Source: Candidatus Fervidifonticultor quintus (GTDB taxonomy: Bacteria; Sysuimicrobiota; Sysuimicrobiia; Sysuimicrobiales; Humicultoraceae). Taken from it: a DNA stretch of 22,554 nt. The stretch covers positions 1-22,554 of the forward strand of contig JAVKIJ010000050.1 of the NCBI GenBank assembly GCA_031459535.1, in the 5' to 3' direction. Below the pieces are notes generated by a model, which had not been told where the DNA came from, did not search any database, and worked only from the letters and a program-made list of their open reading frames with translations. How positions within the stretch are numbered: position 1 is the first letter of the stretch; each line of letters starts with the position of its first letter. Shown here piece by piece: positions 15,062 through 22,554 of this stretch. The position numbers and the translations under genes were made by a program.

Positions 15062-16045
15062 GTGACCACCCTGGCGTACCCGGGGGAGCCGCGGCTGGAC
15101 GTGCGCAACGCGGGCGTGCCGTTCGATCCCGGGTGGATCCGAAACCTCCATGTGAACCGCAGCGCCGTCGAGCGCCGCGCCGCCACCATCCCCACGCGCC
15201 GGACCGTCAAGGGGGAATGGCAGGCGGCGTGGCTGATCCGTGCAGTCGAGTGCCTGGACCTCACCACCCTGGCCGGTGACGACACGCCAGGGACGATCCG
15301 CCGGCTGGCCATCAAAGCGCGACATCCGGTGCGGCCGGAAGTGCTTCGAGGGTTCGGACTCGACCCGGGCGCGCTGCGGGTGGCGGCCCTGTGCGTCTAC
15401 CACAGCATGGTGCCTACCGCGGTCGAGGCGCTCCGCGATTCCGGGGTCCTGGTCGCGGCGGTCTCCACAGGCTTCCCGGCCGGCCAGAGCGCGTTTCGGA
15501 TCAAGATAGAGGAAATCAAGGAGTCGGTGGCCGCCGGCGCCCAGGAGATCGACGTGGTGATCTCCCGGGCCCACGCCCTCGCGGGCAACTGGGTCGCGCT
15601 GTACGACGAGGTCCGGGCCTTCCGCGAGGCGTGCGGCGCCGCGCACATGAAGACCATCCTGGCGTGCGGCGAGCTGGGCACCCTGCTCAACGTGGCCGCG
15701 GCCAGCTGGGTGTGCATGATGGCCGGGGCGGATTTCATCAAGACGTCCACCGGCAAAGAAGCGATCAATGCCACCCTCCCCTTCGGGCTGGTCATGGCCA
15801 GGGCGATCCGCGAATACTATGGGCAGACTGGATACCGCGTGGGCCTGAAGCCCGCCGGGGGCATCCGGACAGCGAGGCAGGCCCTGGACTGGCTGCTGCT
15901 CGTGAAGGAAGAGTTGGGAGAGGACTGGATGCACAGGTCGCGGTTTCGGATCGGCGCCAGCGGCCTGCTCACCGACATCGAGCGCCAGTTGTGGCACACG
16001 CTGACCGGACACTACGCCGCCACGCACCATCAACCCATGCCCTGA
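15062..16045 (+). CDS. deoC: Deoxyribose-phosphate aldolase, long (DERA-like) type
   Basis: LDLTTLAGDDT, VAALCVY, AAVSTGFPAG, GAQEIDVVI, HMKTILACGEL, GADFIKTSTGK, GLKPAGGIR, FRIGASGLL. Confidence 0.95.
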   Translation: MTTLAYPGEPRLDVRNAGVPFDPGWIRNLHVNRSAVERRAATIPTRRTVKGEWQAAWLIRAVECLDLTTLAGDDTPGTIRRLAIKARHPVRPEVLRGFGLDPGALRVAALCVYHSMVPTAVEALRDSGVLVAAVSTGFPAGQSAFRIKIEEIKESVAAGAQEIDVVISRAHALAGNWVALYDEVRAFREACGAAHMKTILACGELGTLLNVAAASWVCMMAGADFIKTSTGKEAINATLPFGLVMARAIREYYGQTGYRVGLKPAGGIRTARQALDWLLLVKEELGEDWMHRSRFRIGASGLLTDIERQLWHTLTGHYAATHHQPMP

Positions 16046-16066
16046 CGTCGCACCGGGAGCGTATCC

Positions 16067-18490
16067 ATGGGCGTCACCGAGATCCTGCGCACGATGGAGT
16101 ACGGCCCGGCTCCGGAAGCCGCTGGCCCGGCACTGCAGTGGCTGGACTCCCACGGCCGCCAGTTCCGGCTGTTCATCAACGGCCGCTGGGTGGAACCGTC
16201 CGGAGGGGTGTGGTTCGACAGCGTGAACCCGGCGACGGCCAGACCCCTGGCACGCATCGCGCAGGCCGCCCCCGAGGACGTGGACGCCGCAGTGCGGGCG
16301 GCGGCAGCGGCAGCGGAGTCCTGGGGGCGCACGCCGGGGCACGGCCGCGCCCGGTATCTGTACGCGATCGCGCGCCAGGTCCAGAAGCACGCCCGCCTGC
16401 TCGCCGTGCTGGAGTCCCTGGATAACGGCAAGCCGATCCGTGAGACCCGCGACATCGATATCCCGCTGGTCGTGCGGCACTTCTACCATCACGCGGGCTG
16501 GGCGCAGTTGCTGGAACGGGCATTCCCCGGCTACGAGCCAGTGGGTGTCGTGGGGCAGATCATCCCCTGGAACTTCCCCCTGCTGATGCTGGCCTGGAAG
16601 ATCGCCCCGGCCCTGGCTGCGGGCAACACGGTGGTCCTCAAGCCGGCCGAGTTCACTTCGATCTCGGCCATGGCCTTCTGCGAGCTTCTGCTGGAGATCG
16701 GGTTGCCGCCCGGCGTGGTGAACGTCGTGACCGGTGACGGGCAGGTCGGAGAGATGATCGTCCGGCACCCCGGCATCCACAAGATCGCGTTCACGGGCTC
16801 CACCGAGGTTGGCCGGATCATCCGCCGCGCCACCGCCGGCACCGGCAAGAGACTCTCGCTGGAACTGGGCGGCAAGTCGCCGTTCCTCATCTTCGACGAC
16901 GCCGATCTCGACAGTGCGGTCGAGGGCGTGGTGGACGCCATCTGGTTCAACCAGGGCCAGGTCTGCTGCGCCGGATCCCGGCTCCTGGTGCAGGAAGGCA
17001 TCGCCGAGCGCCTGCTGGGGAAGCTGCGCGCGCGCATGGAGAAGCTGCGCGTCGGTGACCCGCTGGACAAAGCCATCGACATCGGGGCCATCGTGGCGCC
17101 CGTCCAGTTGCAGAAGATCCAGCGGCTCTGCGAGCTGGGCGTCAAGGAAGGCGCGGTGATGTGGCAACCATCGTGGGCCTGCCCGCGGGAGGGGTTCTTC
17201 TTCCCGCCGACGTTGTTCACCAACGTGGCCCCATCGGCCACCATCGCCCAGGAGGAGATCTTCGGGCCCGTGCTGGTGGCCATGACGTTTCGCACCCCGG
17301 CCGAAGCGATCGCCCTCGCCAACAACACCCGCTATGGCCTGGCCGCCAGCGTCTGGACCGAGAACATCAACCTGGCGCTGGAGGCGGCCCGCCAGATCCG
17401 TGCAGGCACTGTGTGGATCAACGGCACGAACCTGTTCGATGGCGCCTCCGGCTTCGGCGGGTACCGGGAGAGCGGGTTCGGGCGCGAGGGCGGCCGCGAA
17501 GGCATGCTGGAGTACCTGCGGGCCCCCGATGAGACCCGGATGCTGGCCCACTCACCGACGCCCGGGCGGACCTCCGCCGCCGGTTTGTCGGCCCCGGACT
17601 ACGCGCGCGGGGCGCCGGCGGCAATGGCGGACGGCCAGCCGCCCATCGACCGTTCGCCGAAGATGTACATCGGGGGCAAGCAGGTGCGGCCAGACCAGGG
17701 ATACTCCCGTCTCGTATACGGCTCCGGGGGCCGGCTGGTCGGGGAGGTGGGTGAAGGGAACCGCAAGGACATCCGTGATGCGGTCGAGGCAGCGCATGCC
17801 GCCGCATCCTGGGGGCAGGCGACAGCCCATACCCGCGCTCAAGTTCTCTACTTCATCGGAGAGAACCTGGAACCCCGCGCGCGCGAGTTCGCCCGGCGAA
17901 TCGCGGCCATGACGGGCTGGTCCCTCAGAACGGCCCAGCGCGAGGTGCGACAGGCGATCGACCGGCTGTTCACCTTCGCCGCATGGGCGGACAAGTACGA
18001 CGGGGTGGTCCACAGCGTCCACATCCCGCCCCGCAACCTGACTATCGCCATCCACGAACCGGTAGGAGTGATCGGCATCGCCTGCCCCGAGGAGTCCCCT
18101 CTCCTGGCCCTCGCCTCGCTGGTGGGCGCGGCCATTGCCATGGGAAACACCACGGTGGTCATCCCGTCTCAGGCGCATCCCCTGGCCGCGACCGATCTCT
18201 ACCAGGTGTTCGACACCTCCGACCTGCCCGGCGGCGTCGTGAACATTGTCACCGGAAGCCGTGACGATCTGGCGAAGGTCCTGGCTCAGCACGACGACGT
18301 GGACGCGCTGTGGTACTTTGGGTCTGCCGAGGGCAGCGCGATGGTCGAGCTCGAGTCGGCCGCGAACATGAAGCGCACCTGGGTCAATCACGGCCGGCCG
18401 CTCGACTGGTCAGCGGCGTGGGCCGAAGGCGAGACGATCCTCCGCCACGCCGTCCAGGTGAAGAACATCTGGGTGCCCCACGGCGAGTAG
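16067..18490 (+). CDS. Aldehyde dehydrogenase, ALDH16-like (full ALDH plus a second truncated ALDH module)
   Basis: IIPWNFP, LKPAE, FTGSTEVG, LELGGKSP, NQGQVCCAGSR, EEIFGPV, FGGYRESGFGREGG. The second module (MYIGGKQ..EPVGVIG..LPGGVVNIVTG..KNIWVP) lacks the catalytic domain. Confidence 0.92.
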   Translation: MGVTEILRTMEYGPAPEAAGPALQWLDSHGRQFRLFINGRWVEPSGGVWFDSVNPATARPLARIAQAAPEDVDAAVRAAAAAAESWGRTPGHGRARYLYAIARQVQKHARLLAVLESLDNGKPIRETRDIDIPLVVRHFYHHAGWAQLLERAFPGYEPVGVVGQIIPWNFPLLMLAWKIAPALAAGNTVVLKPAEFTSISAMAFCELLLEIGLPPGVVNVVTGDGQVGEMIVRHPGIHKIAFTGSTEVGRIIRRATAGTGKRLSLELGGKSPFLIFDDADLDSAVEGVVDAIWFNQGQVCCAGSRLLVQEGIAERLLGKLRARMEKLRVGDPLDKAIDIGAIVAPVQLQKIQRLCELGVKEGAVMWQPSWACPREGFFFPPTLFTNVAPSATIAQEEIFGPVLVAMTFRTPAEAIALANNTRYGLAASVWTENINLALEAARQIRAGTVWINGTNLFDGASGFGGYRESGFGREGGREGMLEYLRAPDETRMLAHSPTPGRTSAAGLSAPDYARGAPAAMADGQPPIDRSPKMYIGGKQVRPDQGYSRLVYGSGGRLVGEVGEGNRKDIRDAVEAAHAAASWGQATAHTRAQVLYFIGENLEPRAREFARRIAAMTGWSLRTAQREVRQAIDRLFTFAAWADKYDGVVHSVHIPPRNLTIAIHEPVGVIGIACPEESPLLALASLVGAAIAMGNTTVVIPSQAHPLAATDLYQVFDTSDLPGGVVNIVTGSRDDLAKVLAQHDDVDALWYFGSAEGSAMVELESAANMKRTWVNHGRPLDWSAAWAEGETILRHAVQVKNIWVPHGE

Positions 18491-18644
18491 GAGCCGACCC
18501 CCAGACCACGTCCTCCCAGACCCGGGCGTCCGCGATCCGTGGGTACGGGCACGGTCATATCGGCCTGTCACCCGATGGCCAGCCGGCAGCCACAGGGGTA
18601 CGCTCGGTGTGCTCCGCCATGACCGGTGAAGAGGAGGCGGTGCG

Positions 18645-20078
18645 ATGCGACGACGCCCGCTTGTAGTCGCGGCCATCTTCCTGGCCGCCGCGGCCGGGGC
18701 CGGCGCGTACAGGGTCCGCCTGGGCAGCCCGCCTGCCGTGGAGGTGGTTGCCGTCCGCCGCGGGACGATCGCGGCCTCGTTCACGGCAGACGGCGTCGTC
18801 AAGGGCAAGACGGTGGACCTGGCCGCGTCGGTTGCAGGCCGAGTCCGGGCACTGCGCGTGGTCGAAGGCCAGCCCGTGGCGGCCAGGCAGGTCCTGGTCC
18901 TGCTGGACGACCGCGAGTGGCGGGCTGGCGTCCGCGAGGCGCAGGCTGCGGTGCAGAGTGCACGCATCCTGCTGGCGCAGGCCGAGGCGGCGCTGGTGCT
19001 GGCGCGGGAGCAGGCCGCCGCTCGCGAGGCCCAGGCGAAGGCGCACCTGGCGGCTGCGCGCGCGCAGCTCACACAGACGCTGGCCGGGCCCCGTCCGCAG
19101 GAGGTCGCTCAGGCGCACCAGCAGGTGGAGATGACGCGGGCTAGTCTTTCAGCCGCAGAGCAGGCGGTCAGGCGCGCCCGGCAACTGCATGCCGCAGGTG
19201 GACTGGCACGAGCAGACCTGGATGAAGCCGAGGCCCGTTATGAGGTTGCGCGAGCGCAGCATCGGGCGGCCACAGAGGCCCTGGATCTGATGCGGGCCGG
19301 GGCCCGTCCCGAAGAGCGGGCGGCCGCCGCCGCCCAGGTGGAGGCGGCGCAGGCACAACTGGAGGCCGCGCGGGCCGCCTGGCAGGAGGTGGCGCTCCGC
19401 CGGGCCGACCTGGAGGCATCGCGAGCGCGGGTCGCGCAGGCTGAAGCGGCCCTGGCTCGGGCGGAAGTGGCTCTGGCGAGCACCGCGCTCACCGCGCCGT
19501 TCGACGGCGTGGTGAGCCGCATCGCGGTCGAGGTGGGCCAGATGGTGACGCCGGCCATGCCGCTGCTCACCCTGGTGAATCCTCGAGACCTCTGGATCAG
19601 CGCCGACGTCGCCGACGAGGACGCAGCAAAGGTGCATGAGGGACAGGAGGTGATCGTGACCGCCCCTGCGTTTCCAGGACGGCGGTTTCGCGGACACGTA
19701 CGCAGCCTGGCGACCGCCGCAGAGACGAAGCCGGACGCAGCCATCCAGACCCGGGTCGTGCGCGTCACGATCCGGCTGGAAGACGGTCTGACCCTGCTGC
19801 GCCCGGGCCTCGAGGTGGACGTGGAGGGCACCGCCCACGTGGTGGCTTCGGCACTGGTGGTCCCCAGCGACGCGGTGCTGCTACGGGACGACCGCACGGC
19901 GGTCTTCGTGGTCGAAGACGGGGTGGCGAAACTGCGCGAAGTCCGCCCCGGCTACTCCAACTTCGTGCTCACAGAGATTCTGGCCGGTCTGAGGGATGGC
20001 GAGCTGGTCATCGTGAGGGGCAAGGATGGGCTGGCGGACGGCCAGCGGGTGAAGATCGCCCGCGTCAGCGGTGACTGA
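18645..20078 (+). CDS. Efflux periplasmic adaptor subunit (HlyD/MacA-like) with long coiled coil
   Basis: N-terminal TM, VAGRVRALRVVEGQPV, Ala/Glu/Gln-rich hairpin, LTAPFDGVV, LRPGL, LVVPSDAV, EILAGLRDGELVI. SD GAGGAGG. Confidence 0.92.
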   Translation: MRRRPLVVAAIFLAAAAGAGAYRVRLGSPPAVEVVAVRRGTIAASFTADGVVKGKTVDLAASVAGRVRALRVVEGQPVAARQVLVLLDDREWRAGVREAQAAVQSARILLAQAEAALVLAREQAAAREAQAKAHLAAARAQLTQTLAGPRPQEVAQAHQQVEMTRASLSAAEQAVRRARQLHAAGGLARADLDEAEARYEVARAQHRAATEALDLMRAGARPEERAAAAAQVEAAQAQLEAARAAWQEVALRRADLEASRARVAQAEAALARAEVALASTALTAPFDGVVSRIAVEVGQMVTPAMPLLTLVNPRDLWISADVADEDAAKVHEGQEVIVTAPAFPGRRFRGHVRSLATAAETKPDAAIQTRVVRVTIRLEDGLTLLRPGLEVDVEGTAHVVASALVVPSDAVLLRDDRTAVFVVEDGVAKLREVRPGYSNFVLTEILAGLRDGELVIVRGKDGLADGQRVKIARVSGD

Positions 20079-20080
20079 CC

Positions 20081-20797
20081 GTGGGACGAGACGGCCCGCC
20101 CCTGGTGCGCCTCGAGCATGTCTCGAAGATCTACCGGATGGGCCTGGTCGAGGTCCCCGCGCTGCAGGATGTCGACCTCGAGGTGCGCCGGGGCAAATTC
20201 GTGGTCATCCTAGGACCCAGCGGGTCGGGCAAGACCACCATCCTCAATATGGTGGGCGGGATCGATGTGCCCACGTCCGGCCGCGTGCTCGTGAGCGATG
20301 TGGACATCGCCACCTACACTGACGCGCAGCTCACCGCGTACCGCCGGGACCACGTGGGATTCATCTTCCAGTTCTTCAACCTGATTCCCACGCTCACGGC
20401 CCGTGAAAACGTGGAGCTGGCCGCGCAGCTCGTCAGGCATCCGCGGGACGTGGACGAGGTCCTGGACGCGGTGGGACTCCGAGATCGCGCCGCGCACTTC
20501 CCCAGCGAACTCAGCGGCGGCGAGCAGCAGCGCGTGGCCGTGGCACGGGCGCTGGTCAAGAACCCACCGATCCTCCTGTGCGATGAGCCCACCGGCGAGC
20601 TCGACTTCGAGACCGGACGACGAATCGTGCAACTGCTGCGGCAGATCAACCAGCGGGAGGAGCGCACCGTGCTCCTAGTCACCCACAACTCGGCGATCGC
20701 CGCCATGGCGGATCAGGTGGTGCGGTTGCGCAGCGGCCTGATCGTCTCCCGCGAGGAGAACCCGGCCCCGATGGATCCTGCTCAGCTCCAGTGGTGA
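20081..20797 (+). CDS. ABC transporter ATP-binding protein (LolD/MacB-like)
   Basis: Walker A GPSGSGKT, GFIFQFFNL, LSGGEQQRVAVARAL, LLCDEPTG, VTHN. Confidence 0.95.
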   Translation: MGRDGPPLVRLEHVSKIYRMGLVEVPALQDVDLEVRRGKFVVILGPSGSGKTTILNMVGGIDVPTSGRVLVSDVDIATYTDAQLTAYRRDHVGFIFQFFNLIPTLTARENVELAAQLVRHPRDVDEVLDAVGLRDRAAHFPSELSGGEQQRVAVARALVKNPPILLCDEPTGELDFETGRRIVQLLRQINQREERTVLLVTHNSAIAAMADQVVRLRSGLIVSREENPAPMDPAQLQW

Positions 20798-20798
20798 G

Positions 20799-22554
20799 AT
20801 GTCGGTTCTGGCGCTGAAGCTGATCCGCGACCTGTGGCAGTCGCGCTGGCAGCACCTGGCCGTGGGCACCATGGTGTTGCTGGGCGTCGCGTTCTTCGAC
20901 GCGGCCTACATGACCTATAGGAACCTGGAGGCGTCGTACGCCACGTCGTATCGGCGCCTGCGCTTCGAAGACTTCTCGGTAACCTTCCATGCCGCACCTG
21001 AGCAGGCGGCGGACCGGGTGCGCCGCATTCCCGGCGTGACCGCCGTCGAGGGCCGTCTGGTCGAGGACGTGATCATCGAGTTGCCCGGCCGGTCGACGAA
21101 GAAGCTGGTCGGCCGGCTGATCGGCGTGCCGGCCGACCGCCGTCCGGCCGTCAACGACATGTTCGTGACCCGCGGCCGATACCTCAGCAGCCGAACCGCC
21201 CGCGAGATCCTGCTGGAGAGCAGCTTCGCCAAGTTCCACCGCGTGGATCCCGGCGACGTCCTGGATGTGGTGCGCGGCGGCGGGCGCGCGCGGCTCCGCG
21301 TGGCCGGCATCGTGCAGAGCCCCGAGTACGTGTATGTAGTTAGGAGTAAGCAGGACATCATGCCGTTCCCGGAGGCCTTCGGCGTGATGTTCATCTCGGG
21401 TGACGTGCTCGGGCCGCTGGTCGGCAAGACGGGGCTGATCAACGAGGTGCACGGGACGGTGGTGGACCCGGCACGCCTGCCGGCCATCATGCGGGAGGCA
21501 AAGCGCCTGCTCGCTGCCTACGGGGCCCAGGATCCGGTGCCGCGCCACGACCAACCCAGCTATCAACTCCTGGACCAGGATTTGCAGGGGTTCCGGGCCT
21601 ATTCGGTGCTGTTCCCGCTGTTGTTCCTCAGCGTCGCCGGTCTGACGGTCTACACTTTGCTGACCCGCATGATCCACCTACAACGACCGACCATCGGGCT
21701 GCTCCGTGCCCTGGGTCTCGCCCGGCGTCAGGTCGTCACGCACTACCTGGGTGCTGCCGCGCTCGTCGGCATTGCAGGCAGCGCGTGGGGGACGCTGGCC
21801 GGACAGTGGCTGGCAGCGCTGACCACGCGCTGGTACGCCTCCTTCCTCTCGGTCCCCTATGTGATGGCCATCCCCCGCTGGGGCGTGATGGCCGCCGGAT
21901 TCCTGATCGGCGCCGGCAGCTGCCTGGCAGCCGGCATCCTTCCCGCGCGGGCGACGGCACGCATGGAGCCGGTCGAGGCCCTGCGGAAGGCAGCCCCGGA
22001 GGCGGGTCGGGTGGTGACTCTCGACCGGCTGCTGCCGGGGCTGGGCCGTCTGGCGCTGGTCTGGAGATTGCCATGGCGCAACCTCCTGCGCCACCCGCGC
22101 CGAACGGCATCCACGCTGTTCGGGGTCGGCGCGGCCATGGCCCTGATCATGACGGCGCAGGGTCTCCTGGACTCGTCGGAAGCGGCGCTGGATCTGCTCC
22201 TGCGCAGGCTGATCCAGGACGACGTGCGTGTGGAATTCGCCACTCAGCAGGACCTGACCGTGGTCAACCGGGTGCGGAGCTGGCCTGGGGTGGTCTGGGC
22301 CGAGGGCGTGCTTGAACTCCCCGCAGAGCTCCAGCGGGGACCTGTAACCTACTCGGCGTTGCTGGTCGGACTGCAACCCGATAGCAGGCTCCAGCGCCTC
22401 CTGGCGGAAGATGGCAGCCCCGTCCGACTCGATGGGAGAGGCCTCATTCTCGGGCAGACGCTGCGGGCCAAGCTCCACGTCGCACCGGGAGACGTGGTCT
22501 GGGTCACGCTTGCACGCGGGCGGACCGAGGAGGAACCACGGCCTCATCCCGTCA
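20799..22554 (+). CDS. ABC transporter permease (FtsX/MacB-like), truncated by the window end
   Basis: Read manually from ATG 20799: MSVLALKLIRDLWQSRWQHLAV..VAGIVQSPEYVY..IGLLRALG..MEPVEALR..WRNLLRHPRRT. Absent from the ORF track, consistent with no stop before the window end. Confidence 0.9.
   Translation, partial: MSVLALKLIRDLWQSRWQHLAVGTMVLLGVAFFDAAYMTYRNLEASYATSYRRLRFEDFSVTFHAAPEQAADRVRRIPGVTAVEGRLVEDVIIELPGRSTKKLVGRLIGVPADRRPAVNDMFVTRGRYLSSRTAREILLESSFAKFHRVDPGDVLDVVRGGGRARLRVAGIVQSPEYVYVVRSKQDIMPFPEAFGVMFISGDVLGPLVGKTGLINEVHGTVVDPARLPAIMREAKRLLAAYGAQDPVPRHDQPSYQLLDQDLQGFRAYSVLFPLLFLSVAGLTVYTLLTRMIHLQRPTIGLLRALGLARRQVVTHYLGAAALVGIAGSAWGTLAGQWLAALTTRWYASFLSVPYVMAIPRWGVMAAGFLIGAGSCLAAGILPARATARMEPVEALRKAAPEAGRVVTLDRLLPGLGRLALVWRLPWRNLLRHPRRTASTLFGVGAAMALIMTAQGLLDSSEAALDLLLRRLIQDDVRVEFATQQDLTVVNRVRSWPGVVWAEGVLELPAELQRGPVTYSALLVGLQPDSRLQRLLAEDGSPVRLDGRGLILGQTLRAKLHVAPGDVVWVTLARGRTEEEPRPHPV

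Noticed and set aside
14990-17551. 853-aa minus-strand ORF (also 8353-9903, 13529-15001, 20679-21677 and similar)
   Set aside because: These are antisense shadows of well-supported genes, expected from GC-rich codon bias, and show no recognisable domains.
18570-18600. SAM-I-like fragment CCCGATG..CCGGCAGCC
   Set aside because: The other SAM-I core elements (AUC..GAG, kink-turn, P4) are missing.
1-22554. CRISPR arrays, transposases, prophage or defence genes
   Set aside because: I saw no spaced repeats and no such protein motifs.

Overview
GC-rich bacterial chromosomal window with four blocks. (1) 61-5017: a secreted NamZ/DUF1343-like gene converging on RNase P RNA, an unusual RNase HI + class-A-beta-lactamase-fold fusion, a C4 zinc-ribbon coiled-coil gene, a hypothetical gene and tRNA-Val(TAC). 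(2) 5141-7707: an apparently decayed amino-sugar operon with GntR, an SIS protein, one ABC permease and a NagA-like C-terminal remnant. (3) 7783-14911, minus strand: a tungsten-cofactor aldehyde oxidoreductase locus. Its order is radical SAM maturase, P3-less Moco/Wco riboswitch whose P1 competes with a downstream hairpin (candidate ON switch), AOR with a single in-frame TAG just before the fourth Fe-S ligand Cys and followed by a stem-loop, two MoaD-like proteins ending in DMxxLY instead of GG, a MoaD-MoeA fusion and MoeA-PBP. (4) 15062-end: divergent deoC + ALDH16-like genes, then a MacAB-type ABC exporter running off the window. Block 3 is the most interesting. All family calls come from motif recognition by eye; no searches were run.
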